Shown: positions 7,767 to 15,516, numbered from the stretch's first letter. The stretch: DNA of 27,996 nucleotides from a virus (IMGVR_UViG_3300030372_002969:1-27996); one strand, 5' to 3'. The notes: generated from the letters alone by a model not told the origin. Numbers and translations are program-made.

Positions 7767-7945
7767 GCGTATATGCCAATCTTACGGAAGCTGCACAATA
7801 TCTGTTCGGCGAACCCACTGATGCCAACATGCGGACGATCAGAAAAATGATCCGCACTGGACATTTGCGTGCGCTTGATAATGGCGTACGCCGAACATGG
7901 GTGCGATGGGACGATCTTAGAAAGTTTGGTGACGATGATGACTGA
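7763..7945 (+). CDS. Excisionase-like (HTH_17/MerR-type) DNA-binding protein
   Basis: NLTEAAQYLFG...RTIRKMIRTGHLRA...RRTWVRWDDL; start at ATG 7763 (ATGA overlap). Confidence 0.72.
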   Translation: MSVYANLTEAAQYLFGEPTDANMRTIRKMIRTGHLRALDNGVRRTWVRWDDLRKFGDDDD

Positions 7946-8213
7946 CCAAATGGAACGCGAGGAAGTTCTGGCAGAGGCCGCGCAGCTTATCAGCAAAGAC
8001 CGGAACGAAAGCTATGGCGGCAAGGAAAACTTGCGACGCACTGCTGCCGGTTGGTCAACGATTGCGGGCGTAGACATTACGCCAGAGCAAGTCTGCCTGA
8101 TGATGGCTTGGTTGAAGATCGCGCGCCTGTGCCACGCTTCACACAGGGACAGTTTTGTTGATGCGCTCGGATACCTGGCGCTCGGTTACGAGTGTTCCAG
8201 CGATGCTTCGTAG
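7938..8213 (+). CDS. DUF6378-family phage protein (all-alpha nucleotide-pyrophosphatase-like, by inference)
   Basis: REEVLAEAAQLISKDRNESYG...AAGWS...VCLMMAWLKIARL...HRDSFVDALGYLAL. Confidence 0.8.
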   Translation: MTDQMEREEVLAEAAQLISKDRNESYGGKENLRRTAAGWSTIAGVDITPEQVCLMMAWLKIARLCHASHRDSFVDALGYLALGYECSSDAS

Positions 8214-8334
8214 TTTTTGGAGCCGCTGGATTGCGGCAAAACCTCAAAAGCATCAGCCGATGCGCAACGCTCATTATCTGGGGCTGCACATCGCAGAGGC
8301 AACTCGCAAGGCGGGTTATGGCCGGTGGCGCTAA
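8203..8334 (+). CDS. Hypothetical basic protein, 43 aa (MLRSFWSRW...HYLGLHIAEATRKAGYGRWR)
   Basis: Hand translation; overlaps both neighbours in operon fashion. Confidence 0.45.
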   Translation: MLRSFWSRWIAAKPQKHQPMRNAHYLGLHIAEATRKAGYGRWR

Positions 8335-8528
8335 CGCCAGCGCAGACCGCACTGTGCGAGACGGCGTGCAGATTGTATTACGCTGAACGGAAAAGCACCG
8401 CTGAAGTTGCGCGTTTGCTGCGCGAGCCAGAACATGTCGTTTGGAATTTGCTTGCGCATTGCTCCAAACGCCATCGCTCAATCAGTCAAAAAATTACTGC
8501 GCTGTTTCTGCGAAAGTCTGATCTCTAA
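8325..8528 (+). CDS. Small HTH protein (sigma region-4-like helix pattern)
   Basis: LTPAQ...RLYYAERKSTAEVARLLREPEHVVWNLL; GTG start at 8325 chosen. Confidence 0.55.
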   Translation: MALTPAQTALCETACRLYYAERKSTAEVARLLREPEHVVWNLLAHCSKRHRSISQKITALFLRKSDL

Positions 8529-8721
8529 TTGTTCGCGCACCGTCTGAGCGGTACCCTGGAACGCAGTGTCCGAAAACATACTCTAACTCATCTGCCGCCA
8601 CCAAAGCGCGGTCTCTATCCGGGCAGTTAAAAGCTAAAGTGCCGTCAATTACGGCGCTGTCGGTGGCGTGGAAGATCACGTCGCACGAACCGTCCTCTCG
8701 GTTTATTAGTCTGAATGCCAT
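8494..8721 (-). CDS. Hypothetical protein, 75 aa (MAFRLINREDGSCDVIFH...)
   Basis: SD AAGGA before ATG 8721; sits downstream of a terminator and converges on the plus-strand operon. Confidence 0.55.
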   Translation of the reverse strand: MAFRLINREDGSCDVIFHATDSAVIDGTLAFNCPDRDRALVAADELEYVFGHCVPGYRSDGARTIRDQTFAETAQ

Positions 8722-8767
8722 AACTGTGTCCTTGTTGTTGACCAGTAGCATGGCAAATCTAAAAAAC

Positions 8768-8814
8768 AAAAAAAAGCCAAACGCATTTGGGGTGTGACCC
8801 AAACGCATTTGGCT
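8768..8814 (-). terminator. Rho-independent terminator built from two direct copies of CCAAACGCATTTGG
   Basis: Copies at 8777-8790 and 8799-8812. Minus-strand RNA forms a 17-bp stem (two G.U pairs, 6-nt loop) followed by a U-run. Confidence 0.75.
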
Positions 8815-8836
8815 GTTTTTGTAATTTTATTACAAT

Positions 8837-9400
8837 CTAGTCGAGGCGCTCCGGTTTGCCTTCCGCTGTGTTCAAGATGTGAATCACGTCAGCCAGGTCG
8901 CGCAGTTCTTGCATGTCAAGAATTGCGTCGATTCGATCAAAGTAAAGCCCTAGGCTCTGCTCGGTCAGCAGCAAGTCCTCATCTAAGAAGTCACCCGCCA
9001 AACCAGTTTTGACCAGCTTTGCCACGAACGGTTGAGAAACGGCAAGATCGTCTTGTAGCTCACTTTTGGTAAGGCTTTCTTGAGCAAATGTCTTCCACGC
9101 TAGATGCAGAAAAACGGTAATCATCGTATCGTTTGCGTACCAAAACTGATGAGCAGCGCTTGGCGCTTGGCCGTCGCGCACCAAACGCTCGGCCTCGCGT
9201 CGATGCAGTTGCACATTGCTGATAAATTTCGCCCAACGCACTTGCGCTGTTCGACGCATCGTTTGTCGCGCTCTGCGGCGGTCTATCGCCAGTTCGTCAA
9301 GATCAACATTACCCAAACGCGTTTTCTTTTTCTTGCCAACGTGTTTTGCGCTCTGTGGATTAGTTTTTTTCTTTCTCGCCATTTTTTCGTCCTCCGTCAT
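8837..9400 (-). CDS. Probable winged-HTH DNA-binding protein, translationally coupled to the integrase
   Basis: ATGA overlap with the integrase stop; Lys-rich N-terminus; LTKSELQDDLAVSQPFVAKLVKTGL resembles a MarR-type HTH. Confidence 0.55.
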   Translation of the reverse strand: MTEDEKMARKKKTNPQSAKHVGKKKKTRLGNVDLDELAIDRRRARQTMRRTAQVRWAKFISNVQLHRREAERLVRDGQAPSAAHQFWYANDTMITVFLHLAWKTFAQESLTKSELQDDLAVSQPFVAKLVKTGLAGDFLDEDLLLTEQSLGLYFDRIDAILDMQELRDLADVIHILNTAEGKPERLD

Positions 9401-10686
9401 AACTGCAACCCACCCGATGCAATCTGCTGCATAACCGGCGGCTGTTGCAATTCGCCCGACGCCTGTAGTTCCTCATAGGTGCGCGCATATTGCTTTCTTG
9501 TGAAGTCCGTCGATTCGTGGCCCATTAAGTCTGCCAGCGTGTGCCACTCGTCGCCGAACTGTATAAGCAGCAGTGTTGCATAGTAGTGGCGAAAATCATC
9601 AAGGCAGATTGCATTGAATGTTCTGTTCGCAGGATCGACGCCTTCGTTGTATTCGGCGCGGAAATTTTCTTCAAAGTCCTTCCAATACTCACCGCGCACA
9701 TGATCGGTGCCGTTTTGGGGTTCTCCGTCTTTCAACGGAAACACATAATCATCACCTTGTGAGTAGGGAGACGCTAGCTTCCACGACAACAACAGGTCAT
9801 GTAACTCGGGAACAATCGGAATTTTGCGAACGCGCTTCGGCAACGTGCCATCAGACTTGACGTTTTTGACCTCTTGGGTGTCCCAATATATGTCGTCGTT
9901 GTCATCGAGGCATGGTCTGCGTGTGAAAATGATATGAACATATTTCTGGTCTAATTTGCAGTTACGCCACGACAGACCGAGTGCTTCTGCTGGCTGAACA
10001 CCAGTATATGCATAGAACGCAATCAGGATGCCGTAACACCAATCAAATCTCTCGACTGCTGCATCCACAAGCGCACGGACATAGCTGCGGTCGTAGATGT
10101 ATTTTTTTACCTCGGCCTCGACCTCTGCTTGAGTGCGTTTGTGCTTCCGCGCTTTGATCGTGATCGCCGCAGCGGGGTTTGCGACAAAGGCACCTTCGGC
10201 AACGGCCTTTCTGCAAATTCGGTTGAACGTGCCTTTTGCAGCGCGGCGCACGCTTATGCCGTACGCTCCCCATTTGCTGTCGAATCTTTCTGCGACAAGC
10301 GTTTGCGAACCTTCTGCAAAAAAATGCTCCGCCGTCCAATCGCCATAAATTTCGGTGAGCCAATCGCAAAAGCGCATTTCGCGCTTATAATAACGGGCGC
10401 TCACCGCACCACGTTTTAGGTCGCGTTTATAGTCTTTTCGATACGCTGGCACGAAGTCAGCGAAACTGGGCAACGTGGCGTGTCTGCCGCTACGGATCGT
10501 TGGCGCTGGTGTGGCGGAATTGTTGAGACGTTCAAGCTGCAACAGAGCTTCAGTCGGCGGGTGTTCGGTGTCCCCAGGCCAAGTCTTTAAAACTTTCTGT
10601 TTGCTGTTTTCGTGTTTCACCAGCGTCCATTTCTGCACGTTGCCGGTTCGATGCTGGCGATTCCATTTCGCTAGGCGATAAGTCAT
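9397..10686 (-). CDS. int: Tyrosine recombinase/integrase with an atypical active site
   Basis: NPAAAI linker, YTGVQPAEALGLSW (box I), RKIPI, YVFP, DDFRHYYATLL and LMGH...T...Y (box II); SD GGAG; adjacent to a tRNA and arm-type repeats. Confidence 0.88.
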   Translation of the reverse strand: MTYRLAKWNRQHRTGNVQKWTLVKHENSKQKVLKTWPGDTEHPPTEALLQLERLNNSATPAPTIRSGRHATLPSFADFVPAYRKDYKRDLKRGAVSARYYKREMRFCDWLTEIYGDWTAEHFFAEGSQTLVAERFDSKWGAYGISVRRAAKGTFNRICRKAVAEGAFVANPAAAITIKARKHKRTQAEVEAEVKKYIYDRSYVRALVDAAVERFDWCYGILIAFYAYTGVQPAEALGLSWRNCKLDQKYVHIIFTRRPCLDDNDDIYWDTQEVKNVKSDGTLPKRVRKIPIVPELHDLLLSWKLASPYSQGDDYVFPLKDGEPQNGTDHVRGEYWKDFEENFRAEYNEGVDPANRTFNAICLDDFRHYYATLLLIQFGDEWHTLADLMGHESTDFTRKQYARTYEELQASGELQQPPVMQQIASGGLQL

Positions 10687-10843
10687 GATGTCTCCGTTGG
10701 TTAACTGCCAGACAACTTATAGTAAACCAACGGTTAAGGCTTTGCACAAAAAAAAGCGCCCGCGGCATAGGCGCGGCATATGCCGCGGCATGAAAACGAC
10801 TATTTCTATGCCGCAAAAGCCTTACGAGGTATTTAGAACGCAT

Positions 10844-10876
10844 AAAAAAAACGCCTTAACCGATTGGTAAGGCGTT
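10844..10876 (-). terminator. Rho-independent terminator downstream of the tRNA
   Basis: AACGCCTTA (10850-10858) / TAAGGCGTT (10868-10876) stem ending in a U8 run on the minus strand. Confidence 0.8.
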
Positions 10877-10893
10877 AACATTTGAGTTGCAAG

Positions 10894-10971
<78 letters not shown>

Positions 10972-10997
10972 TCGATACCTACTGTCGCCTGTAGAAC

Positions 10998-11088
10998 CTG
11001 TGGCGACCTCAAATGTTTGACTACCTTACAGTTGTCAATGACCTACAGGTACTGTGGCGACCTCGAGGTTGTCAAGCGACCTCTACTT
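10998..11088. repeat. Degenerate tandem array of five 17-19 bp units upstream of the tRNA
   Basis: ACCT-NN-AGGT-like 10-mers begin at 11006, 11023, 11041, 11060, 11079; CTGTGGCGACCTC is exact at 10998 and 11052; GTTGTCAA at 11031 and 11068. Confidence 0.7.
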
Positions 11089-11099
11089 CATGCCGCGCT

Positions 11100-11546
11100 T
11101 TATGCCGCGCTCGTAAGGCTCGGGTCCAAAACACACCGCGTTGACGCCTGCCACGACCTTGACTCAGCAGCAACCTTAAAAGCGTCGCGCGCTGCACGCC
11201 GCAAAGTTTTTTTGCCCGCGATCTGGTCTGCGGACATAAAAAAAGCGCGCCGGGCATCGAGCCCGACGCAAGCTAAAATTTCATATTCATCTGGATCAAC
11301 GCCGCGCTTTGCATAGCCAGCGCCAAGTGACCATTGATACGACAGACTTCCTTTGTGCAGCCTTGCACCTTCCGTCGTTTTGACTTGAATCCGCAGCAGC
11401 CGATCCTGCCTTGTGGCTATCAAATCATAAGGCGCATTGGCGACAAACGTCGCGTGCCAGCCAAGTTCTGTAATTATGGCAGCAGCAAGGTATTCGCCAA
11501 CACGCCCGATCTGCACCTGATTTCGTTTTAGTACGACCACACCCAC
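11100..11546 (-). CDS. Free-standing PD-(D/E)XK endonuclease (PDDEXK_5 / homing-endonuclease-like)
   Basis: IGRVGEYLAAA...PYDLI...LRIQVKTT catalytic pattern; exact start uncertain. Confidence 0.75.
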   Translation of the reverse strand: MGVVVLKRNQVQIGRVGEYLAAAIITELGWHATFVANAPYDLIATRQDRLLRIQVKTTEGARLHKGSLSYQWSLGAGYAKRGVDPDEYEILACVGLDARRAFFMSADQIAGKKTLRRAARDAFKVAAESRSWQASTRCVLDPSLTSAA

Positions 11547-11929
11547 GGGCGTGCGCCATTTGCTTCCCCCGGCTCAAGCTGGTCCAGATGGATAAAGCGG
11601 CTGCTGTGGCTTCCCTTCTGGCTGACACCAATTCCGGGAAACAGGTTTTTTGCCGCCAGCATCAACAGCCGGTGGGCGCTGTGGCCGCTGCACCTTATAT
11701 CTGCCGCCTTGCCGGTTGTGTGTGGCCCTGTCGCACCAGTGCTGCTCACCTTGGCGTTGTGTTCAGCGCAGCGATACCCGCTGGCGATTATCATCGGGCC
11801 AAACTCATCGCGCACCATTTGCAGCTTGCGCATAAAGGTAGCGTCCATGTCAGCACGACCGCAGCCGCACTGGCAGGCAAACTCGTCAGGCGTGAAGTTT
11901 GGCGTGGCGCTCGGGTTCCACTCGCTCAT
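11528..11929 (-). CDS. Endolysin, Zn peptidase M15A family
   Basis: NFTPDEFACQCGCG, SGYRC..HN, H..GKAADI, FIHLD. Confidence 0.88.
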   Translation of the reverse strand: MSEWNPSATPNFTPDEFACQCGCGRADMDATFMRKLQMVRDEFGPMIIASGYRCAEHNAKVSSTGATGPHTTGKAADIRCSGHSAHRLLMLAAKNLFPGIGVSQKGSHSSRFIHLDQLEPGEANGARPWVWSY

Positions 11930-12327
11930 TTGCCCACACCCTTCGCGCGCTCAAACGAGCGGTAGCCCGCAAGCCCCAATAATCCCATTAGGATTGGCAT
12001 CATCTGCGACATATCGAGCGACGGCAGTTCGACCAAATTGCCAATTTGCGCCAGCGCAAACGACGCCATCGGCTGAAATAAGTAAACCCAACCAAATGAA
12101 AGCGCGGCAATCCAGCCCGTGCAGGGTCGCCAGCCCGCCTGAAACCAGTTGCCCTTTGCTTCTTCTCGATTGACCGCAATCTGCGCCAAATCAACGGCGG
12201 CAAGATGCTGCGCTAGTTGCGCCTCAATTTCCTGCTCTGCCGCGCGCCGCTCCTCCTCGTCTTCCGGCAGGAATCTGCCAGCCGCCTCAATGACGCTTGG
12301 CAGAACGGCAGTGAGCAGCCCAATCAT
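11926..12327 (-). CDS. Holin, GTA 3-TM type
   Basis: VNREEAKGNWFQAGWRP..GW, hydrophobic segments, LLGLAGYRSFERAKG; start ATG 12327 via ATGA overlap. Confidence 0.82.
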   Translation of the reverse strand: MIGLLTAVLPSVIEAAGRFLPEDEEERRAAEQEIEAQLAQHLAAVDLAQIAVNREEAKGNWFQAGWRPCTGWIAALSFGWVYLFQPMASFALAQIGNLVELPSLDMSQMMPILMGLLGLAGYRSFERAKGVGK

Positions 12328-12551
12328 AGCCAGCCCCTCGCTAGTGTGCCCAAAGCCGCCACGACAACGGTCGTGACAACTAGCCACGCCAAGCGCTCCC
12401 ACCTGGCACTGTGGTTCCTCACGATCTCGCCGAGCAGCTTCATCTCCGCAGCCGCTTCTGCCCACCGCTCGCCGCACTCTTTTTCATGTCGAGCAATCTT
12501 GTCGAGCGCATCGAGCGCCATCTGCGTGCTTGATTTCTTCGCGGCTGCCAT
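12324..12551 (-). CDS. Small coiled-coil protein with C-terminal TM (lysis-cassette accessory, XhlA-like layout)
   Basis: IARHEKECGERW motif, C-terminal LAWLVVTTVVVAALGTL; SD GGAGGG before ATG 12551. Confidence 0.65.
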   Translation of the reverse strand: MAAAKKSSTQMALDALDKIARHEKECGERWAEAAAEMKLLGEIVRNHSARWERLAWLVVTTVVVAALGTLARGWL

Positions 12552-12566
12552 GCTGCCCTCCAAAAA

Positions 12567-12704
12567 TTAAGCCCGCCGGGTGGCGGGCTTTTTGTATCCT
12601 GCTGCGCGGGCTGCTCTGCCCTGGCGCTCTGCTGCTGCGCGGGTCTTGTGAACCTTCCCGCGCTTGCCCCAGCGATAGCCGCCTTTGACCTTGTTAACGG
12701 GCAT
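12567..12704 (-). CDS. 45-aa very basic phage protein (MPVNKVKGGYRWGKRGKVHKTRAAAERQGRAARAAGYKKPATRRA)
   Basis: Hand translation; fills the gap between the ejection and lysis genes; I recall the MPV.KVKGGY.WG..GKV...A.RQG.A pattern from other phages (not searched). Confidence 0.7.
   Translation of the reverse strand: MPVNKVKGGYRWGKRGKVHKTRAAAERQGRAARAAGYKKPATRRA
12569..12593. terminator. Terminator-like hairpin at the start of the lysis cassette
   Basis: AAGCCCGCC-GGGT-GGCGGGCTT, running into a T-tract on the plus strand and followed by AATTTTT on the minus strand. Confidence 0.6.
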
Positions 12705-14265
12705 CAGTTTTTAATGCTGCCTGCATAATCATCTGACTCATGGCGGCAAGCCTGCCTTCATCTATTTCGCCTTTGCCGAGCCGCGCAAGCCGCTCCAAAT
12801 TTCTGCGGCCAGTTGGTGTTAGCAAAACTTTCATCAATGCCTCGGGGCCGCGCGTGCCAGCGATACCGCCTATGACTGCTCCGGGTGTCCCCGCTATTGC
12901 TGCACCCACTGTAGCGCCACCAGCCGCGGCCGCGCCACGAACGACAAGTGACCCTGCACCGGCTGGATTGACTGACTCTTTTGTAATTTTTGATAATTTC
13001 GTCAAAGTTGATTGTATTTCCGGCAAAATATCCCCTGCGCCTTCGGTAAAAAGTTTATCGTATTTTTTATGCTTGGGATTTGTCATTTCAAAAAGCGCCT
13101 TCCGCAAACCATTCACATTCAATGTCAACGATTCTTCGCCTGGCACTTTCGACACAAAACCTTCAACTACCCGTTCTAGCTCTTCCCCAGCCCTTTCAAT
13201 TTTGAAACGCTTGTTTGCAGCTAGTGCAACTTGCGCTGCACGCCTGCTAACTCCCGGCTGCTTTGCCAACGCGGCCAAATCATCTGATAGTGCAGCAAAT
13301 GTTGTGCCAGCGGCTAAAACCTTTGCGCCACCTCCGGATTGGCTTCTTTCAAATTGGTGCAATAGCTTTCCCACTTCAGATCGTACTTTCAACACCTGTG
13401 ACAATGGAATCGGCTGCATACTCGATTGCTGCTTAATGACGTTATCAACCAATTTTTTAGCAGCCTTTGGCGCTGCAAAATCTGTCAAAGCGTCAAGTTC
13501 GTCGCTTAAAGCGCGTAAATTTTTGAAGGTTCCCGTAAATTGATTAGGGGTAACTGTTACGCCAACATCGTCAATAATTTGATATAGCTTCGATGACGGA
13601 TAACTGACTAGCCCCCTGTGTTGCAATTTCGATATTAGCGCCGCGTTAACATTTCCAAACTCGCGCACGGCACTTTCTTCAGTCATTACTCTTTCGGCAG
13701 ATTTTACGACCGGGTTTGCACGCGCTAACGAGCTGGCCGTACGGCCAACCACTTTAGCCCCCTTTACAACACTCGGTCCAATCAGAGGCGCAGCAGCACT
13801 AAGGGTAATGTTTTGATTACTTCTGGGACTAAAACCAAGAAGCTGCGACAAATATTCTGTGGCCCCACCACCAATCATGCCGCCACCCAACATTCCTAGC
13901 GGACCTAACGGCGCCCCAGCGGCGGTCCCGATGGCCGTGCCGATGGTTGTGGGCCCTGTTTCAAGAATAAACCTGTCAGCAGGTGGTTGTGATGCAACAT
14001 ATTCGCGCAAATCTGTCCGAAGGGGAAAGAGCAAACGCCCCAAAGGCGTCTCTGTTGCAATATTGTCTGGCGGATACTCTGGACCATCAAGCATCCCTGC
14101 CGGGTCTGGCGGCGTTCCTGCCATCAAACCGGACTGCATTTTCTCCCGTTCGCGCGTTACACGCTCTTTGATTTGCGGGCTGTCGGGAGCAACATCGTCT
14201 GGAATACCCTCAATAACAAACGCATCAATGTCGCCTTTTGCCGAGACTGAAAGATTGTATGGCAT
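12694..14265 (-). CDS. Putative internal virion/DNA-ejection protein 3
   Basis: 523-aa helical Ala/Gly-rich protein with glycine-zipper segments (GTAIGTAAGAPLGPLGMLGGGMIGGG; GAAIAGTPGAVIGGIAG); last gene of the podoviral tail block. Confidence 0.65.
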   Translation of the reverse strand: MPYNLSVSAKGDIDAFVIEGIPDDVAPDSPQIKERVTREREKMQSGLMAGTPPDPAGMLDGPEYPPDNIATETPLGRLLFPLRTDLREYVASQPPADRFILETGPTTIGTAIGTAAGAPLGPLGMLGGGMIGGGATEYLSQLLGFSPRSNQNITLSAAAPLIGPSVVKGAKVVGRTASSLARANPVVKSAERVMTEESAVREFGNVNAALISKLQHRGLVSYPSSKLYQIIDDVGVTVTPNQFTGTFKNLRALSDELDALTDFAAPKAAKKLVDNVIKQQSSMQPIPLSQVLKVRSEVGKLLHQFERSQSGGGAKVLAAGTTFAALSDDLAALAKQPGVSRRAAQVALAANKRFKIERAGEELERVVEGFVSKVPGEESLTLNVNGLRKALFEMTNPKHKKYDKLFTEGAGDILPEIQSTLTKLSKITKESVNPAGAGSLVVRGAAAAGGATVGAAIAGTPGAVIGGIAGTRGPEALMKVLLTPTGRRNLERLARLGKGEIDEGRLAAMSQMIMQAALKTDAR

Positions 14266-14268
14266 CTA

Positions 14269-15507
14269 TCAATCCTCCTCAAAGGTCACTGTTCTGACTG
14301 TAGGGTTGTCACCTTGTTCAGGCGTTTGTGTGCTTTGTCCAAGTGCCTTTTGCGCTATGTCTTGTGAATTGCGAAGCTCTAACAACGCTTCTTCCAATCT
14401 AGCTTTGACAGCAGCCGATGATCCAAAGCCCCGCAACTTCAAGTCCTCACGGGTGCGCTCAAATTCTGATTTCAAAGAACGAATGCCGCCCTCTCTTACG
14501 TTAATTCGATCAGCAGCGAGTTGGAAAGCAATGGCATGTATTGCGAGTGTTGACTTTGGTAATTTTGGGTCAAAAAATGGGTCAAATTCTTCACGCGCTT
14601 GCACATCGTCAGGATACAACTTTGCGATTTCCTTTTTTATAGAACCAGTGAAGTTTGTTGGGTCAAGGTCCTCTAATACGCCTCCAACATCCTGAACCAC
14701 ACCTTTGACAGCGCCAACAACACCGTAGTTGTCTGGATTTGCGCCTACGTCTGCAAGCAAATCTTCTAAGCGTTCTATGACTACTGTTCGTTGGCCTAGC
14801 CCCTTCCCTTCAGCAACTGCGCGTGATGCAGGGATTGCGGCTGCAACGCCTTGATTTCCTGTTTTCAATGAAACACTGCCGTCTTCGCCTATTTCCAAAC
14901 TTAAAGTGTCTCCCGGCGGGTTAGCAGGCACCCAGCCCGCGTTTAGTAGCTCTTGCACTTGTTCCTGTGATTCTGGATTTGCTACAAATGCTTTTGTTTC
15001 CTCGCCATTTGTTAAAGTTATTATTTTCATATTGCGTGGTGCGGTATACGGCGCAACCTTGTCGCCCGCCGCCATAGCGTCCTGCTGCTCACCGGAAGTC
15101 ATCCTCGTCGGCACGCCATTGAGCAGCACATTTTCGTACTTTGGCGGGCGGTTTTGCGCTTCAACGTTTTTTAGGTCCTTTGCGCTTCGTGCTGAAAACT
15201 GTGCTGCGCCAGCATCACGCGCTCCCGGCAATTCGCTTGCGAATAACGCAGCTTCGCCAGGCGTAAACCCCGCGCCACTCAACATGCTCGCAAGGCTTGC
15301 CGCGTCAGCCGCCTGCTCTTCCTTATACTTTTGCTGCCCACGGTTTTGTAGCAACGCGCCACCAAGCGCCTGCGCTATACGCGCAAGTCCCTGCGATGTC
15401 GCATAGACCGGCTGGCCTGCCTGATCGGCCGCCTGTTTCGACAGCGACTGCCCGAGCAGAAACTGCTGCGTTGCTGGTGAGCGAATGAGTCGAGGTGCGA
15501 TTGCCAT
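14269..15507 (-). CDS. Putative DNA-ejection/transfer protein 2
   Basis: QGLARIAQALGGALL N-terminal motif; SD AGGAG; synteny. Confidence 0.65.
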   Translation of the reverse strand: MAIAPRLIRSPATQQFLLGQSLSKQAADQAGQPVYATSQGLARIAQALGGALLQNRGQQKYKEEQAADAASLASMLSGAGFTPGEAALFASELPGARDAGAAQFSARSAKDLKNVEAQNRPPKYENVLLNGVPTRMTSGEQQDAMAAGDKVAPYTAPRNMKIITLTNGEETKAFVANPESQEQVQELLNAGWVPANPPGDTLSLEIGEDGSVSLKTGNQGVAAAIPASRAVAEGKGLGQRTVVIERLEDLLADVGANPDNYGVVGAVKGVVQDVGGVLEDLDPTNFTGSIKKEIAKLYPDDVQAREEFDPFFDPKLPKSTLAIHAIAFQLAADRINVREGGIRSLKSEFERTREDLKLRGFGSSAAVKARLEEALLELRNSQDIAQKALGQSTQTPEQGDNPTVRTVTFEED

Positions 15508-15516
15508 CTGTGTCTC

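Noticed and set aside
10998-11088. Possible CRISPR mini-array linked to the Cas4-like gene
   Set aside because: Units are 17-19 bp, degenerate and lack unique spacers; no cas1/cas2 is present; the Cas4-like gene sits in a standard Sak4/SSB recombination module.
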